Shown: positions 19,626-28,573 of the stretch, piece after piece | Position numbering within the stretch: position 1 is the stretch's first letter | How the letters are laid out: each line of letters starts with the position of its first letter | DNA from: an uncultured bacterium | GTDB lineage: Bacteria; Acidobacteriota; HRBIN11; JAKEFK01 | Reading direction: 5' to 3' | Assembly: GCA_963777505.1 (NCBI GenBank) | Contig: CAVZQN010000001.1 | Span: forward strand, 320,001-384,000 | Length of the DNA stretch: 64,000 nt | Notes under the pieces: model-generated | Database searches by the model: none | What the model saw: only the letters and a program-made list of their open reading frames with translations | What the model was told of the DNA's origin: nothing | Made by a program: the position numbers and the translations under genes

Positions 19626-22600
19626 TTAGAACTGGTACGACAAACCTAATCTGAACTTTCGTGAAGGGCTTGTCAAAGCTGTTACTGTTCCTGGAGAGGA
19701 ATAATAATCAGCATTTGTGGCCACACCTGTATTGAAAATGTTAAAGACATCCAGTGCAACCTGAATGTTTTGCCGACTCCCGAGGTTGAAGTATTTTGCA
19801 AAACGGAGATCGAGAATCGTTGATGAAGGTAGAAAGTTCGGATCATTAGGGTCCTGACCAACCAGAATTGGCGTGCCCGGAGATATTACCGCTCCTGGCG
19901 GAGGAGTTGCAAAGTTCCACGACTGCAGAGTTTGAAAATCCTCCAAGAATAATATCGGTCGGCCTGATTGATAGCGTAAACGCATTCCAAAATCTGCTTC
20001 AATCTTCGGGACTAAATAGGAACCCGAAAATTTGAATTCGTATTTTGGTGTAAACGGAAGCACACCTTCAAGGTTGTTGATCGAAGCGTTCAGGCTGCTG
20101 AAGAAGTTGGTATCAATGATCATCGGACCTTGAATGTTGATATCCTGGAATGGAAAATCTCCGCGATGCGCTATGCCATCAGAGGTTGAGTACAGGAAGG
20201 ATCCAAGCATCTGCGCTCTGGTCGAAAACCGTTTGGAAACTACGAATTGTAACCCATCGTACGTACGCTTTGGGCTAAATCCGTCCATTTCTTCCAGATT
20301 CCTGACCTCGTAATCTACATTGTCGTAGATGAATTGAACGTCGCTACCGTCTACAACACCATCTCCGTTGTAATCTCTTAGCACAATGCTGTAAAGATTG
20401 ACGTTTTGCCCATTGGCCGTTGTATATGGTACGCGCTCATATGCAAAGGGCTCTCCGGAAGCGCGATCCACCGGAATGTTCACAAGAATATTTCCTGTAG
20501 TTTTGTGGAGGTATGTAACCCCAAAAGACATATCCGGCAGAATTTCACGTTCGAAGCCTACAGTGAATTGATCCACATACTGATTCTTTGCATCCGGATT
20601 CACTTGTGCTTCCCAGGAAGCATCCGACGTTCTCCATGTTTCAGAGATAGGCGAAAATCCAGTAAGCAGTCTTGCGGTGTTGGTTACTTCATCTGGATCG
20701 ACAAATCCATCATGATCCACATCCACAACATCCCATGGAATTTCGTAAATCAATCTGCGAATATCGCGTAAAGGTAAGTCAGGACCTAAACGCCGCAAGT
20801 TTTCGAGACCCACAGGCGCGTAGTACCTTCCGTAATTCCCACGAATCACTGTTTTACCATCGCCAGTTACGTCATATGCTGCACCAATACGAGGTGACCA
20901 ATCATTGAATTCGTAAACATTTTCAGTACCCTGCCGGTCTCTGGCGACTTCTAACTGATCAATATCAAAATGGATGGAGTCGGGTTGAACAAATACTTTG
21001 CCGGTTCCATATTGGTTGTTCATGTTGTCAAAGCGTAAACCGAGGTTCAACGTCAAACGTGAATTCACGCTCCACTGATCATCAATGAAGAAACCGGTTT
21101 GTTTGAAACTTCGAGCCGTTTCAAACGGCGGAGTGTGAGTCTCATCCACAAACCACTTCATTCCAGTATCACCGTACCACTCGCCAGCGTACTGAACGCT
21201 TTGTGTATATCGATAAGGATATGCAAAGTTGGCATAGCCACCAAAATATCCACCTAAATCATTTCCACTTCCTGTGGTGAACTGAACGCCGAATTTGATA
21301 TCCTGCTGCCCCAGAAAATCTTCTACATACTGGGTCATATCAGCTTGAATCGTATGACGCTCTGCGTTGTTGGATTCGATATAAGGGAAATGCCCATTTA
21401 CACCAAACTCTTTCCACTTCCACCAATTGATATATCCGGAGTTGTCTGGTGCATTATCTGGAATAAACGGATGAGCCGCGGTCCAGAAACCAAGATATTT
21501 TGCAGTTACGATACTCTTGGCATTAGGGAGCCATTGCCACTGAGTTGAAATCGTATCGTTCTTTGTGTCTGCACCATACGTGAGTGAAGAATCCCACGGA
21601 ACTGCATTTCCCCATGTAGCACCTTCGTTGTCATTTCTCTCGAAATGATACGAAAACCATGCTTCATGATTTTCTGTGGGTACTGCAGAAACTTTAAAAT
21701 CGTAATACTGATCATTATTTTGGAGGAGAACCGGCCAGAGTGGTTCTTTCGTATCTTTGCCGAGTAAATTTACGCCACCAAAAAACCACACACGATCCTT
21801 CGCGATTGGTCCACCTACCGTGAAACTGAATTCGCGATCCCTTTCCGTGCGGCCGATCAAACTCGTAGATGGATCCAGATTGAGCCATTCTTCGCCAAGA
21901 TCATCACCGGCATCCGGTGAGTTGTCATCTGGGTCTCCTAATTGACTGTAGACACTTGCTTCACCGTGATAGGTATTGCTTCCAGATTTTGTTAAAACGT
22001 CTACCGCAACACCTGTCGCACTACCGTATTCCGCTTTCGCACCCAATGCGACAATACGAACTTCTTCAACAGTGTCATAGTTGACATTCACAAGCGATCC
22101 GAAACCGCCACCGCGCGGAGATGTTGCATTCACTCCATTGACAAGGAATGCATTCTCATTCGTACCACTTCCATATGCTGTAGGGCTGGGCAACCATGAA
22201 GAATCTCGACCCGTGTCGAACATGCCTGGAGCAGTCAACGTCAGATCGTACCAAGCATCACGTGCAGTCGGGATTCGGTCAATCATCTCTTCGTTAAAAG
22301 CGGTATTGACCACCGAGTTCTTCGTGTCAACGATTTCCCCTTCAGCCGAAACGGTAATGCTTTCCTCAATCTGACCCATTTGCATTGTGAAATCGATCGT
22401 GACAACTGTATCGGCAGACATATCGACATTGTCACGTACCATTGTTGCAAAATTGGGCCCTGAAGCTGTCACGCGATACGTTCCAATCGGAAGATTGAGA
22501 AAGATGTATGTGCCGCTTTCTGATGTTGTTGTTAATCGTTTGCCGGAAATTAAGGCTTCACTTGTAAGTTCAACCTGAACTCCGGGGATAGGTTCGCCTC

Positions 22601-22730
22601 CCTCATCAGCAATCGTTCCAGTCAGTTTTCCTGTCTGAATCGATTGCGCAGTCAGCGTTCCACCGTTCATAAACAAAACTGTGGTTGCTGCTAGGAGACA
22701 AAGGGAAAAAATAAGGGACCTGCTACTCAT
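19626..22730 (-). CDS. TonB-dependent receptor, Oar-like, with carboxypeptidase-regulatory N-domain
   Basis: GKLTGTIAD..IPGVQVEL, plug AEYGSATG..LTKSGSN, GGPIAKDRVWFF, LTLNLGLRFD and terminal F. Confidence 0.92.
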   Translation of the reverse strand: MSSRSLIFSLCLLAATTVLFMNGGTLTAQSIQTGKLTGTIADEGGEPIPGVQVELTSEALISGKRLTTTSESGTYIFLNLPIGTYRVTASGPNFATMVRDNVDMSADTVVTIDFTMQMGQIEESITVSAEGEIVDTKNSVVNTAFNEEMIDRIPTARDAWYDLTLTAPGMFDTGRDSSWLPSPTAYGSGTNENAFLVNGVNATSPRGGGFGSLVNVNYDTVEEVRIVALGAKAEYGSATGVAVDVLTKSGSNTYHGEASVYSQLGDPDDNSPDAGDDLGEEWLNLDPSTSLIGRTERDREFSFTVGGPIAKDRVWFFGGVNLLGKDTKEPLWPVLLQNNDQYYDFKVSAVPTENHEAWFSYHFERNDNEGATWGNAVPWDSSLTYGADTKNDTISTQWQWLPNAKSIVTAKYLGFWTAAHPFIPDNAPDNSGYINWWKWKEFGVNGHFPYIESNNAERHTIQADMTQYVEDFLGQQDIKFGVQFTTGSGNDLGGYFGGYANFAYPYRYTQSVQYAGEWYGDTGMKWFVDETHTPPFETARSFKQTGFFIDDQWSVNSRLTLNLGLRFDNMNNQYGTGKVFVQPDSIHFDIDQLEVARDRQGTENVYEFNDWSPRIGAAYDVTGDGKTVIRGNYGRYYAPVGLENLRRLGPDLPLRDIRRLIYEIPWDVVDVDHDGFVDPDEVTNTARLLTGFSPISETWRTSDASWEAQVNPDAKNQYVDQFTVGFEREILPDMSFGVTYLHKTTGNILVNIPVDRASGEPFAYERVPYTTANGQNVNLYSIVLRDYNGDGVVDGSDVQFIYDNVDYEVRNLEEMDGFSPKRTYDGLQFVVSKRFSTRAQMLGSFLYSTSDGIAHRGDFPFQDINIQGPMIIDTNFFSSLNASINNLEGVLPFTPKYEFKFSGSYLVPKIEADFGMRLRYQSGRPILFLEDFQTLQSWNFATPPPGAVISPGTPILVGQDPNDPNFLPSSTILDLRFAKYFNLGSRQNIQVALDVFNIFNTGVATNADYYSSPGTVTALTSPSRKFRLGLSYQF

Positions 22731-22824
22731 TTGTCACCCCCTGAAGGTGTGGTCTGGTCCGAAACTTTGAATGTTAAAACGGGTGTAAAACTGCAACCAT
22801 ATATATGAAGCAAAAATGTTGTAA

Positions 22825-23673
22825 TTACTTCGCAATGATTACCTCGACACCCGCAGCGTCCAGGGCGTCCAGCATTTCCTGTGGAATGCCCTCGTCGGTT
22901 ATGAGTTTGTGCATCGCATCCAGTTTGCCGATGATCGATAAACTTCGTTGCATAAACTTACTTGAGTCGGCCACAGCAATGACTTCACGCGAAACACGGA
23001 TCATGAGTGCACTCAGTTGTGCTTCAAGTACATCCGGTGTTGTTAAACCAACTTCAGGATCAATACCATCAACACCTAAAAACATGCGGTCTGCATTCAG
23101 ATTGCATAATGCTTGTTCCGCATGAGGTCCAACCATAGAAAGCGCCCCACCACGTAAAAATCCACCAAGCATGATGATTCGTACTTGCGGTAGGTTGGCT
23201 AACAACAGTGCGATGTTTAACGCATTCGTAATCACTGTGAGTGATTCCAAACGCAAATCGGCCACACATTTTGCGACTGCTGCCGTTGTTGTACCGGAAT
23301 CAAAAATGACTGTTTCGCCATCCTGAATCATGTTGGCTGCAATTGCGCCGATGCGCGCTTTTTCGTTTTGACGAACTCTTTCTTTTAGACTGATTGGTAA
23401 ATCAGGCGCGGGGGAAAGTGATTTCACTGCGCCACCATGAGATCGCACAAGCGCTCCCATTTGTGATAACGCTTCAAGATCAGCACGAACAGTAACAGCT
23501 GAAACTGAAAAAATCCCTGATAGTTCGCGGACTGTAACGCGCTTAGATTTATCTAATAAATCAATTATGTGCCTGCGGCGCTCTTCGACAAGCATCCTCT
23601 GTTGATCCTCATTCACTTCAATAAGGGCTGAACTCTGACCTTGCGTTTGGTTTCCGTTTCCGGTCGCTTTCAC
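22825..23673 (-). CDS. DeoR/GlpR family regulator, AgaR-like
   Basis: EERRRHI, VSAVTVRADL, RSHGGA, DSGTTT, VITNALNIA and ADSSKF. Confidence 0.9.
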   Translation of the reverse strand: MKATGNGNQTQGQSSALIEVNEDQQRMLVEERRRHIIDLLDKSKRVTVRELSGIFSVSAVTVRADLEALSQMGALVRSHGGAVKSLSPAPDLPISLKERVRQNEKARIGAIAANMIQDGETVIFDSGTTTAAVAKCVADLRLESLTVITNALNIALLLANLPQVRIIMLGGFLRGGALSMVGPHAEQALCNLNADRMFLGVDGIDPEVGLTTPDVLEAQLSALMIRVSREVIAVADSSKFMQRSLSIIGKLDAMHKLITDEGIPQEMLDALDAAGVEVIIAK

Positions 23674-23742
23674 TTTCGTTCTCTTGCGATTTCTTTCATT
23701 TTATTCAGAAACGAAAGTAAATGTCAATAGATGAAAGTAAAG
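23667..23742 (-). promoter_or_regulatory. Promoter TTGACA-N18-TAAAAT overlapped by CTTTC boxes (candidate AgaR-type operator)
   Basis: -35 at 23727-23722 and -10 at 23703-23698. TTTACTTTC occurs twice 20 nt apart, with three inverted CTTTC copies at 23667, 23673 and 23693. Confidence 0.6.
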
Positions 23743-23767
23743 ACAATTTTATGGGACCCGTGGTTTC

Positions 23768-24262
23768 TTAGAAGGAATAACCGATTGCTGCCGTAGTGGT
23801 CATGAGCGGCTCCCAGCCGAAACGAAATTCTGGTGCTATAAATAGTCTTTTAGTAAGGAAAATTCGTGCACCGATTCCACCATTTGCTGTCAATTCATAA
23901 CTAGAAAATTCATCAATGCCGAAACGCTGGGTATGTCTCAGCAATCCTGCCCCTCCAACAACATAAAAGGTAAATCTTTCCCTGGTAGTCAGATTGTAGA
24001 TAACATTTCCGGTCAAAGTTAAATCTCGATCGGATCTTGGCCCCTTCATATATAGAAACTGTGGTTCCAAACTCAATTTATCACTGATGCGGATTGGGAT
24101 CGATCCTCCCATGATTGAATGATCAAACGGAATATCTTCATCGATAAACGCCGACGTTCCAAAAATGAACTTGCCTTCTAATACATGTGAACTTAACGGT
24201 TCATCGGAAAAAGCGAAGGATGAAAGAGCAATCAAAATGAACGTTAAAACAAATTTCTTCAC
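23768..24262 (-). CDS. Small outer-membrane beta-barrel protein
   Basis: Signal peptide, alternating beta strands (YVVGGAG, NGGIGARIF) and C-terminal IGYSF; SD GGAGG before GTG 24262. Confidence 0.75.
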   Translation of the reverse strand: MKKFVLTFILIALSSFAFSDEPLSSHVLEGKFIFGTSAFIDEDIPFDHSIMGGSIPIRISDKLSLEPQFLYMKGPRSDRDLTLTGNVIYNLTTRERFTFYVVGGAGLLRHTQRFGIDEFSSYELTANGGIGARIFLTKRLFIAPEFRFGWEPLMTTTAAIGYSF

Positions 24263-24290
24263 AAGCGCCTCCGTAAGTTCAAAGCTGTTG

Positions 24291-24306
24291 AGCAAGTTCG
24301 GTGCCG
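24291..24306 (-). promoter_or_regulatory. Candidate sigma54 promoter CGGCAC-N5-TTGC
   Basis: GG-N10-GC spacing, about 30 nt upstream of the OMP start. Confidence 0.55.
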
Positions 24307-24399
24307 TTACGCTCTGAGAAGGGAACGAAGAATTATGCTCAATCGTCTTGTATTCCGGATAGTTTCTAATCCCATTTAGATAGTGGAGAGGTAAAGCTC

Positions 24400-25053
24400 A
24401 TGGTAGAAAACTATTGGCGTCCTTCGTTCATTCTCCGGCTTGTCTTGATTTGGCTAACCATTCTCTTTGTTATCGGCTGGCTTCCTATGTTGCGCGGCGC
24501 ATTCGATGGTCCCACATATGAGTGGGGCAATTCATATTTTGGAAAGCAATTTTCAGGCAAAGGGACTGCTGGGGATTACTGGTTTTTGATTGTCCAGGCA
24601 GCACTTGGAATTCTAATCCTTTTTTTAGGTTGGCGAGGCGCACGTCCTCTTTTTCTTGGACTTGCATTGACATATCAGACAATCAGTTTGGTAAATGCGA
24701 TACAAAATTCGATTGCAAATCCTGAACAATATCGATTTCAAGGAGACACACTGGGTGTTGATGTCAATCTTACATGGATTGCGCCAGTACTCTATGTCTT
24801 CTTTTTGTTCTTGACGATTCTTTGGGCTGTGCGCAATGCAAAAATAGATTGGCAAAAACCAGTTGCACCATGGTCAAGCAGAAATACAAAATGGCTTTTG
24901 GGATTGCTAGCACTTCTCCCAGTTCAGTATTATCTTCTCCATTATGGTTCTCCGCCGTCAACTGAAGATAAAATTGGAGTCCTGATTACTATTTTCCAAT
25001 GGTTACTGATTGGAAAAGCATTTAGTGCAAAACCAGAAAAGAACCGGGAATGA
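24400..25053 (+). CDS. Hypothetical integral membrane protein
   Basis: About 6 hydrophobic segments, SD GAGG, ATGA overlap with the next gene. Confidence 0.7.
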   Translation: MVENYWRPSFILRLVLIWLTILFVIGWLPMLRGAFDGPTYEWGNSYFGKQFSGKGTAGDYWFLIVQAALGILILFLGWRGARPLFLGLALTYQTISLVNAIQNSIANPEQYRFQGDTLGVDVNLTWIAPVLYVFFLFLTILWAVRNAKIDWQKPVAPWSSRNTKWLLGLLALLPVQYYLLHYGSPPSTEDKIGVLITIFQWLLIGKAFSAKPEKNRE

Positions 25054-25941
25054 TTAGATTTCTTATTTCATTGCTTCTTATCACCCAAGTTTTCGCGGCT
25101 GAAGAAAAAACATCTTTGAGTCGCGCAAAGCTTGATGGTGTTGAACTTGAGTATGAAATTCGTGGAACGGGTGAACCAGTTGTATTCGTTCATGGCGGTT
25201 TTTTGTATAACGCGTTCCAGCCCTTGATGGATGATCCCAACCTGACCAAACGTTATCGAATGTTAAATTATCACCGTGTAGGTTATGGTGGGAGCACAAA
25301 TCTTCCGGGCGCAATCAGCATTTCTGATCAAGCCAGGCACTTACGACTCCTGATGCAATCTCTCAAGATTGAACAAGCACACATTGTTGGTCATTCATCA
25401 GGCGGAATGATTGCGCTTCAACTAGCTCTCGATTCACCTGGTTTTGTGAATTCGATCGTGTTACTTGAGTCCGCTCGGCCATCACCGACATCTGACCTTC
25501 AGAAAAAATTTTCCGAAACTGTTGGACAGGTAGCGATGCAAAATTACAAGTCAGGAAATAAAAGCGAAGCTGTCGATATCTGGATGCGAGGTGTGTGTTC
25601 TTCTGATTATCGTAGTGTATCTTGATAAGGCGGCACCGGATGCGTTCGATCAAGCAGTAGGCGGTGCAGATACATTTTTCGGGCAAGAAATGCCAGCGAT
25701 TCGGGAATGGACATTCACAAAAGAGGAAGCAACTCGGATCAAGCAGCCAATTCTCGCAGTACTTGGTGAAAAAAGCATTCCGACTTTTCGTGAACGGCGC
25801 GACTTAATTTTGGGCTGGTTCTCAAACATTGAACCTTATAACCTTCCTAACGCAAACCATCTTTTGCATATTCAAAATCCGAGCGGCGTTGCAACGGCGC
25901 TGACTCAGTTCTTTTCAAAATATCCGATTACAAAAAGGTAA
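25050..25941 (+). CDS. Alpha/beta hydrolase, exported; frameshift near 25620
   Basis: VFVHGG, GYGGS, GHSSGG and C-terminal NHLLH; removing 1 nt joins the two ORFs. Confidence 0.85.
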
Positions 25942-25998
25942 TTTGGGGAACTACCTTGAAACACTCTTCTAGCGTACAATCTGCAAGACATCTACCTT

Positions 25999-27345
25999 AT
26001 GGAAGCAATTCAAACAGAGTCCGAACTAAAAACTGCGTCGAAGCAAAGGCTTTTGCGGATTTTGGGAGTCGGATTTGGAGTTGCAATTCTCGTTGGTGGA
26101 ACAATCGGCGTCGGAATTTTGCGTGCACCGGGTTCGATCGCAAAACAACTTGGAACGCCCTGGCTCATTTATTCGGCTTGGATCGTTGTCAGCATTTACA
26201 CTTTGCTGTGCGCCAACTACATCGCTGAACTTGCAACCATGCTGCCCAAAGCGGGCGGTCCTTATGTATATGCACATCGCGCATATGGAAACTACGGCGG
26301 CTTTCTTGTCGGTTGGAGTGACTGGCTGGGAAATGTCACCCCAATTGCATACCTTCCCATCGCATTTGCAGAATTTTCAACGGGGCTTTTCCCATCCTTA
26401 TCAGGACGCACCCACAATCATTGCAATCGCTGTTTTGATTCTATTTACTGCGTTGAATTGGGCTGGCTTGCGTCTGGGAAGCAACACCCAAAAGTTAATT
26501 AGTTCCATTAAAGCAGTCGCATTGCTGGCTTTCGTAACTGCTATGTTTTGTTTTCGGCGGGCAGAAAACCAATTTCAAGTTCCGCTGTAACGGCTCCTGC
26601 AACTTTTGGCGGACTCTTCCTGGCATTTGCCTTGTCTTTTCAGCTTGTACTCGGAACGTTCGGTGGATGGACTTCTGTGATTTATTTTGCTGAAGAAGAT
26701 AAGAATCCTACACGAAATATTCCCCGTTCATTATTTGGCGGACTTTTATTGGTGATTGCAATTTACATACTTGTTAATGCAGCGTTGATTTATGTGTTGC
26801 CGATTTCAAAACTCGCTGCTTCAACGCTGCCAGCAGCTGATGCAATGGTGCAAATATTTGGAACAAAAGGCGGAACGATCGTAACTGTTTTAGCATTGAT
26901 TTCATTGCTGGGAATTTTAAATGCCGCTTTGATGTTTGTACCCCGGACCCTATTTGCTCTTGGACGTGATGGATTATTTTCCTCAAAAGCAACCACAGTA
27001 AATAAAGGTGGAACACCAACTTTTGCCCTCGCAGTTACGGTCTTGTTAGCAATTTTACTGATCGCGACGGGCACATTCGAAAAACTATTTACAATTTATG
27101 CATTCTTTGCAACCGCTAACAACGTTCTGTTGATCGGATCGCTCTTCATTTTAAGAAAACGCGAACCGGATTTGCCACGGCCATTTAAGACATGGGCTTA
27201 TCCGTATATGCCGTTGCTGTTGATGGCTGTATCAATCATTCTTTTCATAAGCTTTGTTATCAGCGATTTCAAGAATGCTGCTTACGTTCTCATCCTGATC
27301 GCAGCGAGCCTTCCTCTTTATTTTTTACTGTTCAAAAAGCGGTAA
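25999..27345 (+). CDS. APC family amino acid permease; frameshifts near 26412 and 26545
   Basis: GGTIGVGIL, AELATMLPKAGGPYVY, EEDKNPTRNIPRS and RPFKTWAYP. Confidence 0.85.
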
Positions 27346-27347
27346 AA

Positions 27348-28454
27348 CTATTTTGGACGCGGGTCTTCTAGGTCTGCGTCAGACCTTTTATATTTACCGT
27401 TTCGGATTTGGCGAACCATTTTGACTAAAGATAGAGCTCGATTCTTTACTTCGGTTTGAAAATCTTTATCAAGGTCGAGATCATCGTGGCTTGTTGCATA
27501 AGGTTTGTAGTAGCCAACATAGCGGCCTAAGCCAGCATCCGGGCTTACAGGAATCAATTGCATGTCAGTCAACCAATCGACTAAATTTCGCTCAAGATTT
27601 TCAACTCCGGCTGCATCCCCATGAACGATAACGGCGAATGCTCTACCTGCGAGATGTTTCGGATAGGGCCAGCCTTTCAGTTCCAGCTTTTTTGCAAGCT
27701 CAGGACCCTTCCACCGCGTTGTTGTAGGATCAGGATTTCCGCCATCAGCACAAACGAGTCGATCTATCATGAGTTTGAGTGCGCTTGGAGATTGATACCA
27801 GTGCACCGGACATACAATTAGTACTCCGTGTGCCGAAACCCACCGCGGATAAATCTCATTCATCCAATCTCCAACTTGCCCCAATGCATGATTCGGGTAA
27901 CAGGAACAGGGCCAGTGACAAAGCGGCATCGCTGTTGAAACGCAAGCTTTACAGGGATAAATAACTCTTCCATATTCGGATGCCAAACGGGATAAATCGA
28001 GAACGTCTACTTCGAAGTTTGATTCTTTTTCAATTGCTTTTCTCGCGATTTCCACAAGGCGCCATGTCTTTGACATTTCACCCGGACATGTTTGATCACT
28101 CCGTGGCGCTCCGTTAATTACTAGAATGCGTGATCGTGATTTTCGACCGCGATGATTCCGTTCTGCTTTCTGAATTTGCCTGCGTGTTTCCAACCATTCA
28201 ACAGGCAATGGAAACTCAGGATCTGAAAATCCTTTTCCCGCGTTCTTCTTTCGTGGATTTTTTCGAGATTCAGAGTAACCTTCCCAAGCAATTTCAAAAA
28301 GAACGTCAATTTCCTTTTTCGCTGAATCGAATGCGGGATCATAAAAGCGCTGCAAAAAGCGCTCGCGATATTCATCTTTAGTAAGCCGAACAGACTTCAT
28401 GCCAGTTACAACGCGTGGTTTGTTTTTCTTGTCAGTCATTAAGCTATTCTCCAT
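27348..28454 (-). CDS. Flavodoxin-family / NADPH-dependent FMN reductase-like protein (Cys-rich)
   Basis: TCPGEMSKT, PCKACVSTAMPLCHWPCSC and PVHWYQSPSALKLMIDRLVCADGGN. Confidence 0.82.
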   Translation of the reverse strand: MENSLMTDKKNKPRVVTGMKSVRLTKDEYRERFLQRFYDPAFDSAKKEIDVLFEIAWEGYSESRKNPRKKNAGKGFSDPEFPLPVEWLETRRQIQKAERNHRGRKSRSRILVINGAPRSDQTCPGEMSKTWRLVEIARKAIEKESNFEVDVLDLSRLASEYGRVIYPCKACVSTAMPLCHWPCSCYPNHALGQVGDWMNEIYPRWVSAHGVLIVCPVHWYQSPSALKLMIDRLVCADGGNPDPTTTRWKGPELAKKLELKGWPYPKHLAGRAFAVIVHGDAAGVENLERNLVDWLTDMQLIPVSPDAGLGRYVGYYKPYATSHDDLDLDKDFQTEVKNRALSLVKMVRQIRNGKYKRSDADLEDPRPK

Positions 28455-28573
28455 TGATCAATATATTCTGAGGAAATCAAAAGTCGTACAGAGGAGCAGG
28501 CAAGATACCTGCGTTACAAATCTCAAATCATCTCGCGCTCCCTAGCTCTCGAATGTGATAATGTTTTATTTGC

